A stretch of DNA of 63,937 nt, filler included, from Chiloscyllium plagiosum (Eukaryota): the NCBI RefSeq assembly GCF_004010195.1. It is 4 parts of 2 records of this genome, joined end to end, with 100 filler letters (N's around TTAATTAATTAA, not from the genome) between each part and the next. Parts side by side here need not be neighbours in the genome. Positions count along the whole stretch, not along the records: positions 1 to 24,434 come from NC_057715.1; positions 24,535 to 43,252 come from NC_057715.1; 2 more parts are not named here. One strand, written 5' to 3'. Below, one piece after another: positions 13,382-26,800 of this stretch. Position numbers and translations under genes: made by a program. Positions within the stretch are counted from its first letter, which is position 1. Each line of letters begins with the position of its first letter. The notes beneath the pieces are model-generated. The model saw only the letters and a program-made list of their open reading frames with translations, ran no database searches and was not told where the DNA came from.

Positions 13382-14655
13382 TGTAAGGTGTGCAATTTAT
13401 ATATAAGTATATTTTTAATATAATTTATGTTTGATTTTTGAATTTTTATTTAATGGTTTATGGTTTTCTATGTGTCTGAAGAAGAAATATATCTGTAGCC
13501 TTCATTTTTATAAACAGTCTGAGAGACTTTGAGGCTAATAGAAATTTGTCTATATTAGGAAAGTTTACAGACAAACAAAGTAGACAGTGTATTGCATTGA
13601 CTTTCAAATAGAATACACTGGAATTCGTGGGGGATTTAGGGGTGACATGCATGGCTTGAGCAAAAAGGTTTTGGGTTTCAGCCAGGCCATTTTGCATTGG
13701 TCTTGGCTGAAGCTATATGTATAAAATAGTTGCTTCTGAGGGCGCAAAGGCAATTAAAGATTGTAAAGCAGTAGGTTACCTCAGTGTAAGAAGTTAGTTT
13801 TAAAGTTCCAGACCAGAAGTGTTTGGTCAGAACCCTGAAAGAGGCAATTGAAGCTGAGAAAATCTGAGCTCAGGCGTGTGAAGGTTCCATGAAGAGATGT
13901 CAGCTTCTCAAGACATGGAATTGAAAACACAGTTTTATTAAACCTCATTAATATGATCGAGAAGGGATTTCTTTCTGGTCTGAGTGTGGCAAGAAGAGTG
14001 TTTTTGGGACTAATGAGATTGTATATGACTGTGTATTTCAAAATCTTTAAATGGTGTCTTATGTAAATAGTTTAGTTTATTCTACTTTAATCTTCACTTC
14101 TTTCATGTAACAAACTTGTGTTTTAGTTTTAAATTTGAATTGGCAGCGTTATATGTCCTACCTTCCAGCTCAGCACCATCCCCATGACCTGTCCTACCGG
14201 CCTATCTTCTTTTCCACCTATCCACTCCACCCCCCTCTCTGACCTATCACCTTCATCCCATTCCTATCCACCCATTGTACTCTTTGATACCTTCCCCCAC
14301 CCTCCTCCCTGACCTATCACCTTCATCCACACCCCCACTTACCTATTGTACTCTATGTTACTTCTCATTTATCTCTCTATCCTTCAGTAACTCTGCCTGT
14401 ATTCCTGAGGAAGGGCTTTTGCCCAAAATGTTGATTTTACTGCTCCTCGGATGCTGCCTGAAGTGCTGTGCTTTTCCAGCACCACTCTATTCCAGAATCT
14501 GGTTTCCAGCATCTGCAGTCATTGTTTTTACCTAGCCTTACATGTTTGTGTTTCAATGAGAAGGCATCTTGATAAAGAACCATATATGATCTACCAAGCC
14601 AGATTTCAACTGGGATCTAACTTGTCCAGCAACAGCATCAGCTGAGATTGTAACA
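13382..14655 (+). mobile_element. Probable solo LTR, interrupted by a Penelope pLTR at 14160-14535
   Basis: Shares aaagttccagaccaga...gagaaaatct..gct...ggaattgaaa and a terminal agccagattt...taaca with 23182-23760. TG...CA-type ends, but no clean TSD seen. Confidence 0.5.
14160..14535 (+). mobile_element. Penelope 3' end/pLTR, family 1 (degenerate hammerhead at ~14404-14432)
   Basis: Closely similar to 43675-43990, which directly follows a GIY-YIG coding segment. Confidence 0.85.
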
Positions 14656-17600
14656 CTGGCTATTAATGCAATTGGGAATTTAAAAGTCTCCTACAGGCAT
14701 TAAAAATGTTAAAATGTGGCTAAAGGAGAAATGGACTAATTACAGACTAAACAAATGATGAGGGCACAGTTGAATCATTAAGGGTATACTGTGCATCTGC
14801 CTTTTTCTCATTCTTTTTACTAGCAGGGATAGTTTCTCAGAGCTCGAGATTTTTTGGAGGTTTCCAGGATGTAGAGGAATTGTCTGTCAGAAGTCCCAAA
14901 GGTCCTGGGAAATCCTTACAGTGCTAATGCATCAGGCCATCTGACAAGTGTCAAAGTGCATCTTGGAGAGTACATCCAGTCTCCAACAATCTCTAAAGAT
15001 CTGGATCCAATGCTCCCCAAATGAAAAGGAAACTTGAAACTAGTCTCTGTGGTTGTCAGAATTAATGTATATTCTCTACATGTTTGAACATTTTTGGTCT
15101 TAGAGTAATTATTATAACAAATGTCTGTAGTAGCATCCAAGAATTGCTGTTCATGTTTAACTTCTCTATTAAAATTACAAATGTGTTGGAATATCAAAAA
15201 TAAGAGGTGGCTGCGTTAGGAGTTGTGAAATATTTTGTTCTTTAGGGTCTTCCGCTTTCCAAATGAATCAACCTTCAGATAATAATGTCTTCCTGTTTTA
15301 CTAAAGTTGATAGCCTCACATTTATCTACATTATACTTCATCTGTGATACATTTTCCCAATCACTCAATTTGTCCAAAATAGGCACAGAGCATTGGTAAT
15401 ATAGTGAGTTTTGGAAATAAACTGAGAAATTTCTCTGTACCCTCATGGAGAGAAACCTTTAACGAGGCACTGAGGCCATGATGGTAAACTTTTATAATAC
15501 ATTTAATGTAAGAAAACGTGTTTCACATAGTGTTTAGGAACAAAATATAACACTGTCCCACATTCAGCAGATAGACAAAAGCTTGTTCAAAGAGATAAGC
15601 ATAGAAATGGGGTTTGATGATGATGTAATTAGATCTGTAAGAAATGCAGGAATGTCACTGTGACCCCAAAAGGTTAAGTGTAAAAGTTCTAATAAGAAGT
15701 CTTGTAAGAAGCTAGGTTAGAATATCTGGTCAGTATGGATGAGTTTGATCAAAGGATCTGTTTCCGTGCTGCACAACTCTATAACTCTATGACTCTAAGT
15801 GCATTTCAGAACCTCCACCCCTATAGACTTATTATCATATATTTTGTAACGATATGCATACATTCATATTTCCTCAGTCTGGTCCAAGCTCTGATCAATA
15901 CCCAACGATCCCATATATGAAAGATTTACCAAATGTCTTAAAAGGAGAAGGGAGAGAGACAGACAGCTCTATAGGGGTGCTGCCAATAGAGAAATGATGA
16001 AAATCAAGAAATAGATCTTGCATTCTTTGTATTTAATATTCACTTATTTATAAAAGAATTACTTTAAACCTTGTTGAGAGGTGAGGTGGAAGAGAATCCA
16101 ACAACTCTCCTTTCCAAAACTGGAAAGTTTTGCTAGATGTATAAAAGCTGACTCATGGTTGTGATTTCACTGCTATAGGTGCTTCCCATATACAGAACCT
16201 CCTCCTGATGCTGAAAACTGTATAGGAGTCAATTGCTGAGGTCCTGGGTATTGCATTGCCTGTCAATAGGCACAGTGCCCCCCAACACCAGGCATAGGGT
16301 CTTTCTCCAAGTCATGCTGCTGTTATGTGGCTAACCAGAAGGTCCACTTAAATAAAATGTTGATGCTGTAATCTTTGTCACATAGTTGGAACCTCACTCA
16401 CCTATTTTTATTACTACAGACAACCCCGATCTCCTTTCCAGAGAATGTAGCAGTTGAGTTTTGGCATCAGTCCCAGAGCAATCAGGCCTGATCCACTCAT
16501 ATGGGTAGATGATATCACAAACATGTAACATTCTGGTATAAAGTTACTCTCTCCATGTGGTGTCAACTAAAAGTGTGTGTAAAAAGTAGTAACACGAGTA
16601 AACATAGAATACAGATTAAGTGTTCAGCTGTAATATCGTGGTCTTGTAAATAGAGTTGCAAATAAACTGCAGATATCTGACTAATGTCTTCAGAAAAGCT
16701 TGTGGTATATGTTATTCAGAGTAACTGGTAAACCATAGATGGCAACAATGGTTAATGACAGGAACTGCATTCATCTTTCAGATAGGCACTTTATCGCTTT
16801 CTGGTCTCAACATTTGAGTTCAACAATTTTGAGCCAAAAACACCATCCCGCATGTTGTTTCTTTGTCTTTCCTCATTTTGTCTTTCTGTCAGCAGCACAC
16901 CCACTCTGGACACATCTTTTGTTTCTTTGTTTATTTCCGTGCTGTATTTCCATTCCTTTTGGCCCTGAGGGATTAAGGTATTCATCTCTCTTATCTTCCA
17001 TCCTGCCACAGACACTCCTGTGGTCCACACATCCCACCCATCCTTTGCCCAAATCCTATGAAATCTCTGATATTTCCCAGTCCTATTAAAAATAATAGAA
17101 CTGAATCACTTGATTAGTTTCTCTCTCTCTCTCTGTACAGATGTTGCCATTACGTGCTGAATTTTATTTCAGATTTCCAGCATCCATAGTAGGTTGCTTT
17201 TCTGTCGTTGTCGATGCATTTTCAAGATGTTAATGAACACAGCATTAATTGTCACCTCTGGGAGTCTATTTTATGAACCATGGTCATTAGGGAATGATAA
17301 TTCCCTTTAGTCCAAAGTCTTACTTGAGGCCTATATTCTGTGCCTCCAATCAAAGTTTAATATCCTGCTACATCTAGATTATCCACTCCCCTCCTCCCCA
17401 GCTGTTTATCGCACGGATCATACGCCCAATCAATTTTCTTTTCTCCCATAAAACTCATTCTGTGACTTCCTCTAAATTGTCTCACATTGTGTCTGAGACT
17501 GCCGCCAATGTGTATTTGCAGGGATGCTTCAAAGAATTCTGTATCATCACTCAAGGCTTTGTCTCACCAGTTACTGAACAATCAAGTGTTTTCTTCAGGC

Positions 17601-19857
17601 CAGGACTCATCTGCGGCTGTACCTTGGCTTGGGTTTCTGCCTTGCGGCTTTCTGTACAATGGGTTCCAATTGTTTTTTGAGTCCCTAATCTTTGAAATTA
17701 TCACACATCAATATTGGAAAATTGAGAGTTCATTTTGTTTAATACATGTCCCACTACTTTGTAGAAACAAACTGCTTTCAGGTACTCATGTGGCAAGTCA
17801 CATGACTCAACAGTGTAGCCATGATTGTGCCCCCTGAGAACACTTGCACATTTCTAAATACATTAACTTACCAGAGTGAACAAAAGAGCTAAAGAATGAG
17901 CATAAATCACCATTATTGCTCAATTTCAAATTCCCATATCTCCCCCGCTCTCAATTCAAAATATCCTGGTGTATTTATACCAAGACAGAAAGCTTGCAAT
18001 TTTGATTCTGAATAGAATTTGAAAATTATGAGTACGACATTAGTAAGCTTCAGACAGACTTGAGATTAGATGTAAATTTCTAACCCCCATGAGATGTAAA
18101 GAACAAGCGCTGTGCAATCTACAAAAGACACTTCAATAATTCACCACAATCTGGTGAAGGAGATGTTGTCGGTCACAGTGGCTACTCCACTGAAGTTGAG
18201 TTTGCAGGGGTTTTGCCTGAACGTGATACATGGCTTCACCAGGGAATATCCTCCAATCGTTTGGTTGAAAAGCTTGTGTGTTTCACTGATCCTTTGAGCT
18301 ATCGTGTTGGTCGTCTTTGTTCCTGAGAGATGCATCCATTTTGGGAAGAATTGAGTGGGGGGTGTGGTGCAGAGGTGCCATACATACTGTTATTCCTAAA
18401 AATTCTTACCAGCAGATCAAATGAAGAAAGAAAGCTCTACACACTGCAACTTGGCATCCCAGAATCACAGAATTATTACAGTGCAGGAGGCCATTCAGCC
18501 CATCATGCATGCACCTGCTCTTTAAACCAGCAAAATTACCTCAAGCCAATCTCCTACTTTACCCCATACCCTGCCACACTACTTATATTCAAATAATGAT
18601 CCAAATGCCTCTTGATTGCCCCCAACCAACCTGCCTCCACCAAATTTCCAGGCAGCACATTATACACTCGAACAACCCACTGTGTGAAAAGACTTTCCTC
18701 ACATCACTCTTGCTTCTTTTATATATCACTTTAATACTCTGCCCTCTAAATTTTGCTTCTTTTCTGAAGGATGATTTTTATCACCTTTTAGATGCCATAA
18801 AGACATCATCAAGGTAAGAATAAACATTTTCTTTAACATCATCATCTGTGTCAATGGTCAGGGCATAAGCACTGATGTCTATAGCATATTACAGTTAAGC
18901 TGTAGGCAAAGTATCATGAGCCTTCTATTTATACAGTTTCTGCTCTAACATTGCATTAAATTTCCTATTCCAGATGACAAAGGCAATTGAAAGGTGCTGT
19001 GTAAGGATCTTTGGTGAATTACTGCAGTGCCTCTTGTAAATTGCACAGCACTTGTTTCTTTAGGTGGTATTATATTGTTCATCTTCACATCTCATGGGGT
19101 AAGAAATTTACATCTAATCTTAAGTCTGCATGAGGCTTATTAATGCTGTATTCATAATTCTCAAATTCTGCTCAGAATCAAAATTGGAAGCTTTCTGCCT
19201 TGGTGTAAATATTCCAAGGTGTTTATAGCACGGAAAGTGGTCCTTCGACCCATTGTGTCCACACTGGTCATCAAATACCAATCTTTTCCAATTCCACAAA
19301 TTTTCATCTTCGCAACTTGTTGTTTTCAAATCCCAATATGTTGTTCTCAACTTTATTGAAGCAATTGATTGGTTAGGCTGATGCCTACATGGGTCACTTT
19401 GGAAAGCTGTCCTCTGTTCAAATTGTCTTGAATTTACCGATGTTAGACTAAAGTCAGCAGGGGTTTTTTTTCACTTATTTATTCACCAGATGTGAGCATT
19501 GCTGGATGGACAAGCATTTATTGCCAGTCCTTAAACAGCATTGCGAAGATGGCGGTGAGCAGCCTTCCAGAACATCAGTTGTCCGTATGATGCAGGTACA
19601 CCCCCAATGCCGTTCTGGGAAGAGTTCCAAGATTTTGACCCAACGGCAGTGAAGGAATGATGATTTAGTTCCAAGTGAGTGCCTTGTTAATTATAATGGT
19701 TTAACAATCAATTTTTAAACTCTGTGGCTTAGTTTATTAATGACAGTAATATACATCAGAACTTAGTAAAAAGACTTCAAGTCAACCAACTGACTTTTGC
19801 ATGTGCTGATTTCCAAGTTTAACTAGCTTGCAAGAAACAGATACAATAGTTAGGATA

Positions 19858-20643
19858 GAACATAAGAATATAAGAACTAGGAGCAGGAGTAGGCCATCTG
19901 GCCCCTCGAGCCTCATGGCTGATCTTTTTGTGGCCTCAGCTCCACTTACCCACCCTCTCTCCATTACCCTTAATTCCTTTACCTTAGCTTTAAAATCATT
20001 GACTGAGGAAGTCTCCACTACTTCGCAGGGTGGAGAATTCTTTGGATTCACAACCCTCTGGGTGAAGAAGTTCCTTTCCAATTCAGTCCGAAACCTGCTG
20101 CTCCTGATTTTTGAGGCTATGTCCTCTTGTCCTAGATTCACCTGCCAGTGGAATCATCCCCTCTGCGTCTATCTTATCTATTCCCTTCATAATTTTATAT
20201 GTTTCTATAAGATCCCTCCTCATTCTTATCAATTTCAATGAATATATTAGTGGTCTACGGATCGCTCCTTGTAAGCCAAATTTCTCAACTCTGGAATCAA
20301 TCTAGTGAACCTCCTCTGCACCTCCTCCACTGCCAGTACATCTTTTCTCAAGTAAGGAGACCAAAACTGCACTCAGTACTCCAGGTGTGGCCTCACCAGC
20401 ACCCTATACAGCTGCAGCATAACCTCCCTGCTTTTAAACTCAATCTCTTTAGCAATGAAGGACAAAATGCCATTTGTCTTTTTAATTGCCCTTTGCACCT
20501 GCAGATCAACCTTCTGTGATTCATGCACAAGGACACCCAGGTCCCTCTGCACAGATGCATGCTGTAGTTTTTTTTACCATTGAACTAATAGTCCTTTTTA
20601 CTGTTATTCTACCAAAATGGATAATTTCACATTTATTAACATT
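19858..20643 (-). mobile_element. CR1 LINE 3' portion
   Basis: FRTELERNFFTQRVVN motif, RT C-terminal remnants, and a (tatgttc)-like tail read as gaacataagaatataagaac on +. Confidence 0.88.
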
Positions 20644-20644
20644 G

Positions 20645-20958
20645 TGGGCGGCACGGTGGCACAGTAGTTAGCACTGCTGCCTCACAGCGACGGAGACTGG
20701 GTTCAATTCCTGCCTCAGGCGACTGACTGTGTGGAGTTTGCACGTTCTCCCCGTGTCTGCGTGGGTTTCCTCCGGGTGCTCCGGTTTCCTCCCACAGTCC
20801 AAAGATGTGCAGGTCAGGTGAATTGGCCATGCTAAATTGCCCGTAGTGTTAGGTAAGGGGTAAATGTAGGGGTATGGGTGGGTTGCGCTTCGGCGGGTCG
20901 GAGTGGATTTGTTGGGCCGAAGGGCCTGTTTCCACACTGTAATGTAATCTAATCTAAT
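20645..20958 (+). mobile_element. HE1-type tRNA-derived V-SINE, full length
   Basis: Pol III A box (tggcacagtagttag) and B box (ggttcaattcc), V-SINE core, LINE-like tail ending in (taatc)n. Confidence 0.92.
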
Positions 20959-21459
20959 AGTGACTGGCTTGGAGGAGAATTTGCAGGTGGGTGGTCTCAT
21001 GTATCTATTGCTTTTAACCTTCTAGGGGATAAGGGTCTCAGGTTTGAAAGGTCTTGATGATGGAGTTTTGCAGTATATCTTGTCAATGATACATATCGCT
21101 GCCAGCATGCATTCAAGAAAATGAGTTCTCTGCCACCCAAAGTGAAGTTATTACTCTCAAGAATCTGATTAACCACCTTATCGGTGGAGTCTTTTGTTTC
21201 TTATTTATTCAATTGTCCACTCAAGGTGAGCTCTCCTCTTTCCTCCCAAGTCCATTAAGTCTTACTGGGATGTCCTGTTTAAGCTTCCAACAATCAATTC
21301 ATGTAATGGATATGTGGTTAACTTACTACAGCTCACTCTCCCACCCAGCTTTCTATTAGTATTACCAATTATATTTTTCAGCCTATTAGTGCCATGGAAT
21401 GCCAATATCCTTGACATTGTGTTGGCTCCCATAATTATTTGTGGGTAACATGGTATCGA

Positions 21460-22930
21460 AAGAGTCAGAGGGTCATACAACAAAGAAACAGACCCTTCTG
21501 TCCAATTTACCTGCACTGACCAGATATTTTAATCTAATCTAGTCCCATTTGCCAGCATTTGGTCCATATCCTTCTAAACCCTTCCTATTCATGTATCCAT
21601 CCACATTCCTTTTAAATGTTGTATTTGTACTGGCCTCCACCATCTTTTCTGGCAGCTCATTCCATGCATGCACCACTTGCTGCATGAAAATGTTGACCCT
21701 CTGGTCCCTTTTAAATCTGTCTCCTCTCAACTTAAACCTATGTCCTCTAGTTGGATTCCCCTACCCTGGGATAAACATTTTGACTTTTCACTCTGTCCAT
21801 GGTCCTTATGATTTTATAAACCTCTATAAGGTTTATATAACCTCTATAATCTTAGCTTCTGATCCTCCAGGGAAAAAAAACTAGCCTATTCAGTCAAACC
21901 ATGCTCAAACCATCCAATCCCAGCAAAATTCTTGTAAATCTTTTCTGCACCCTTTCAAGTCTAACAGCGTGACCAGAATTGTATGCAGTATTCAAAAAGT
22001 GGCCTCACTAATGTACTGTACAAACGCAACATGACTTCCCAACTCCTATACTTAATGCACTGGCCAAGGAAGGCAAGTGTGCCAAATGCCTTCTTCACCA
22101 CCCTGTCTATCTCCGACTCCACTTTCAAGGAACTATGTACCTGCACCCCTATGACCATTTGTTTAGCAACCCTCCTCAGGGTCATACCATTAACTGTACA
22201 AGTCCTGCCCTGGTTTGCCTTATCAAAATGTAACATCTTACATTTATCTAAATTAAACTCTATTTGCCACTCCTTGGCCCATCTGATCAAGGTCCTGTTT
22301 TACGATGAGATAACTTTCTTCACTATATACTACTCCTCCTAATTTGGTGTCATCTGAGAACTTACAAACCATACCTCCTAATATTCACATCAACATCATT
22401 TATATAAAGGATGAAAAGTCAAGTTACCCTGCATCCCATGTGCATTTACCTCTTTTATCAGTCTCCCACGTGGGACAGTGTTAAAGGCTTCGCTGAAATC
22501 CATATAAACTACATCAACTGCACTATCCTCATGTACACAACTAGTCAAATTCTCAAAAAGATTCCATTATTAGGCATGACATCCCTCTGACAAAGGAGAA
22601 AATGAGGGCTGCGAATGCTGGAGACCAGAGTTGAAAAGTGTGCCACTGGAAAAGGACAGCAGGTCAAGCAGCATCTAAGGAGCAGGAGAATCGATGTTGC
22701 AGGTATAAGCCCTTTATCAAGACCAGCCCTCTGACAAAGCCATGCTGACTAACCCTGAGCAAACTTTACTTCTCCAAGTTGAGATTAATTCTCTCCTTCA
22801 GAATTTTCTCCAACAGTTTCCCTCTGACTGATGTGAGACTCACTGGTCTATAATCCTCTGGTTTATCTCTACCACTTTTCTTGAAAAGTGGTACTGCATC
22901 AGCTGTCTTTCAATCCGCACACACCTCCCC
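21460..22930 (-). mobile_element. CR1 LINE RT/3' fragments (at least two)
   Basis: WAKEWQIEFNLDKCKMLHF...LYSTLVRPLFEYCIQFWS in ORF 21961-22290, plus 3' UTR. An older RT fragment follows. Confidence 0.9.
22596..22726 (-). mobile_element. Solo Penelope pLTR module with 13-bp TSD
   Basis: ccctctgacaaag is repeated at 22583-22595 and 22727-22739 around the module. Confidence 0.8.
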
Positions 22931-23181
22931 TGTGGCCAGACGGGAAGATTCAATAGAAGTTTGTTCTCGCTCCTGACATATACATATATTATAGTCACAG
23001 GTGCTTCAGTATTTGGGCGAAGATTAAGCTATTCAGTTTGAAAGAGTAGGACACATTCATCAGAGTATCATGCTTCAACTGGTCTCAAGTTAAGGTGGAG
23101 TTTGAGACGTTTACAACCTCAGTTCATACGCTAAAATACAGTAATGATATCATGTCTTTTAAAGGTATTCTGCATGCTAAC

Positions 23182-23760
23182 TGTAAGACAAAAATCCTGT
23201 TGGAAGTTAAATGTATGAAACAGTTTCTGCTGAAGAAAGGGAATGGTTGAGAACTGTTAGGAAATAGATCACCTCATGTAAGGGCTTTAGAATGAAAGTT
23301 CCAGACCAGAAATATTTAGTTAGAACTCAGAAGGGGTTATTTGAAGAGGAGAAAATCTAAGCTTAATTGTGTGACTCATCAGAAAAGAGGCTACTAAATT
23401 CTCAAGCCAGGAATTGAAAGAAACAGTTAAATCAGTCCTATGAATATGACTGAGATGGGATTCTCTTTTGCAATTGAGTACTCTAACATAATGATATTGG
23501 GAAAGATGGAGTTGTCTTTTTATTGTGTGTTTTGAAATCTTACAAATTGTACTTTTTATGAATAGCTTTGTTTGGTTTATTTTATCTTCTCTTTTTTTGT
23601 GAAATAAACTTCTGCTTTATTGTGAAAACAAGATCTGCAGCATTACTTACATGTTATTTCAAAGATATCCCACTTCATTTCAAACTAATATAAGCTACGA
23701 AGCCAGATTTCTCTCTGGGGTCCAACCAGTCCTGTATTGATATTAACTGGGATTTTAACA
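23182..23760 (+). mobile_element. Probable solo LTR (same family as 13382-14655)
   Basis: Collinear similarity to 13800-14655. Contains aataaa and ends ...gggattttaaca. Confidence 0.5.
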
Positions 23761-23767
23761 GTACCTG

Positions 23768-24810
23768 ATAGAGTCATAGAGTCATAAAGATGTACAGCAT
23801 GGAAACAAACCCTTTGGTCCAACCTGTCCATGCTGACCAGATATCCCAACCCAATCTATTCCCACCTGCCAGCACCCAGCCCATATCCCTCCAAGCCCTT
23901 CCTATTCATATACCCATCCAAATGCCTCTTAAATGTTGCAATTGTATTCACCTCCACCACTTCTTCTGGCAGCTCATTGCATACACGTACCAACCTTTGC
24001 GTGAAAAAGTTGCCCCTTAGGTCTCTTTTATATCTTTCCCCTCTCACTCTAAACCTATTCCATCTAGTTCTGAACTCCCCGACACCAGGGCAAAGACTTT
24101 GTCTATTTAGCCTATCCATGCCCCTCATAATTTTGTAAATCTCTATAAGGTCACCCCTAACCTCTGATGCTCCCGGGAAAACAGCTCCAGCCTGTTCAGC
24201 CTCTCCCTGTAGCTCAGATCTTCCAACCCTGGCAACATCCTTGTAAATCTTTTCTGAACCCTTTCAAGTTTCACAACATCTTTCCAATAGGAAGGAGACC
24301 AGAACTGCACACAATATTCCAATAGTGGCCTAACCAATGTCCTGTACAGCCGCAACATGACCTCCCAACTCCTGTACTCAATACTCCGACCAATAAAGGA
24401 AAGCATATCAAACACCTTCTTCACTATCCTATTTNNNNNNNNNNNNNNNNNNNNNNNNNNNNNNNNNNNNNNNNNNNNTTAATTAATTAANNNNNNNNNN
24501 NNNNNNNNNNNNNNNNNNNNNNNNNNNNNNNNNNGTCCCTTTACCTGCGAACATCTGCCTCCAATCAGCTTTCGCAGGTTCTTGCCTAATACCGTCAAAA
24601 TTGGCCTTTCTCCAATTTAGAGCTTCAACTTTTAGATCTAGTCTATCCCTTTCCATCACTATTTTAAAACGAATAGAATTATGGTCACTGGCCCCAAAGT
24701 GCTCCCCCACTGACACGACAGTCACCTGCCCTGCCTTATTTTTCAAGAGTAGGTCAAGTTTTGCATCTTCTCTAGTAGGTACAACCATATACTGAATCAG
24801 AAAATGTGAC
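23768..24810 (-). mobile_element. CR1 LINE (3' end and endonuclease-linker part either side of a gap)
   Basis: LYRTLVRPLLEYCVQFWSP and PTREDAKLDLLL...EHFGASDHNSIRF; (gagtcata)n tail on +. Confidence 0.92.
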
Positions 24811-25039
24811 AATGCTTATGTTAGCTCCTAGACATGGATAACGTGGTATTGAAAGATTCATTATACATTTACTATAACTCCTGATAATATATTGCATACT
24901 AACTATGAGACACGATACAACCTTACATGGTGATTTTTTACACAGCTGTGCTCTGAAATTGCCTCCTTTGAAGTCTCTACCTTTGTCTTTCCTCAAGGCT
25001 CTCATTAGAAACCTACTTATGTGACCAAACTTAAGAGTT

Positions 25040-25995
25040 AACGTTGGCTCAGTCAGTGGCAATCTTATCTTTGAGCCAAAAGGCTGAGAGTTTAAAATCC
25101 ACACTCCATATAGAATTAGAATTAGATGTTAATGTCAGATGTATAGGAATACAGGACTACAGTGAAAGTTGTACAAAGTTGTTATTCTCCTGCACCATTC
25201 TGGTTACAAACTAAAAATCTCAAAGAAAAAACAATAGCAAGAATAAAAAAAAACAAAAGATAAGAAAAACATTTAGATCGCAAAGTTTAAGTGTTCTAAA
25301 GATTTTTGGAACTCCCAATGCATCTACATATAATGTGAGTTCTCTCTGTAGGCTGACACTCTAGTGTAGCAGCAAGAGAGTGCTACACTGCTGGTGGTGC
25401 CTCCTTCCAGATGAGATGTTGAACCAAAGTCCTATTTGCCTGTGAAAGACTTCATTTTATTAACTGGCACCTATGAGATCAAGAATTAATCAAACATTCC
25501 GGTTGATCAAGAGGTCCACATAATCAATGTAAAAACACACATTCATAATAGAAACGTAATGCAGGAGATATACCCGTCACTGTTCTACTTTATTTGCAGC
25601 ATAAATCATTTGAATAATAATGCAACTTTGCCTTAAATAGAACTTACCTAGAGAGCCTTCTTACTTGCATTGTCAACTGACTACTCGGACTTTGCAGAGA
25701 TCGCTATAATACAGTAAACTGCCAGTATTTCAGGTACATAATCCTTGCCAATTTATTGGGAGTGCCTGTTCATAATGTGCCCATTAAAACAAAGTTTGCT
25801 ATAATATTCAAGAAGAAGAGGGGACACCTGCCCAATGTCTTGGCCAATATTTACCCTTTAATCGCTATCGCCAAAACAGATTATCTGATCATTATCATAT
25901 TGCTTTTTGTGGGATTATGCTGCATCCAGATTAACTGTCCTCTAGACCATAATTTGCATTTGGGCATCTGAAAATCATGAAAGGCACTATACAAA
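25040..25995 (+). mobile_element. Deu-domain SINE (SacSINE1-like), fragmented
   Basis: tRNA-like head at ~25045-25110, Deu-like core ggctgacactctagtgtag...gagtgctacactg...cagatgagatgttgaacc at 25351-25440, and tail aaacagattatctgatcattatc...aaggcactatacaaat. Confidence 0.6.
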
Positions 25996-26502
25996 TATTA
26001 TTAAATTCATTTTGCTTTCTTTCCTTCAAATATACTGTGATTCCTTCTGGATTTCATCTGTTAAGCAATTTAAGCATTTAGGATCATAGAATCACACAGC
26101 ACAGAAAAGGCCCTTTGGCCCATCAAGTCTGTACTGTCAAAAAACACATTAGTCTCACTTTCCCACTCTTGCCTTGAATGTAATGGTACATCAAGTGTTT
26201 TCCTAAATGCATTTGAGTTCAGTAGTTAAGACATAACATGATCCATGTTGTTGTTCTTGAAAAAGGCAAGCAATTACATAGCTTTGGAATCACTGGGTCA
26301 AATGAATTAGAATTGGAAAAGGCAGGATGCATTTTGATTTCCCAACAGTCACTAGGCAGGAAGGTGGAAGAATATTTGCAACAGTGGATGTACAGATGAG
26401 GAATCATTGTGAGGCATAATGGCCTGTGCAATGTTGAGGAAATAGAGAAAAGCAACTCCCACAAAAAGAGAGCAATTTAAAGGGGGAAGGTGAGAAAATA
26501 AT

Positions 26503-26800
26503 CTGCGGCATGGTGGCACAGTGGTTAGCACTGCTCCCTCACAGTGCCAGAGACCCGGGTTCCATTCCTGCCTCAGGCAACTGACTGTGTGGAGTTTGCA
26601 CATTCTCCCCGTGTCTGTGTGGGTTTCCTCGCATAGTCCAAAAATGTGCAGGTTAGGTGAATTGGCCATGCTAAATTGCCCGTAGTGTTAGGTGTAGGGA
26701 TAAACATAGGGGAGTGGGTCTGGGTGGGTTGCGCTTTGGCGGATCTGTGTGGACTTGTTGGGCCGAAGGGCCTGTTTCCACACTGTAAGTAATCTAATTG
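26503..26800 (+). mobile_element. HE1-type SINE, near full length
   Basis: Collinear with 20645-20958. Confidence 0.9.

Noticed and set aside
20645..20720. tRNA-like sequences with A and B boxes
   Set aside because: These are SINE heads continuing into the V-SINE core, with no complete cloverleaf.
24435..24534. TTAATTAATTAA motif inside N runs (also at 43297-43308 and 61387-61398)
   Set aside because: The identical 44N-12bp-44N layout with six-frame stops marks an assembly spacer, not biology.
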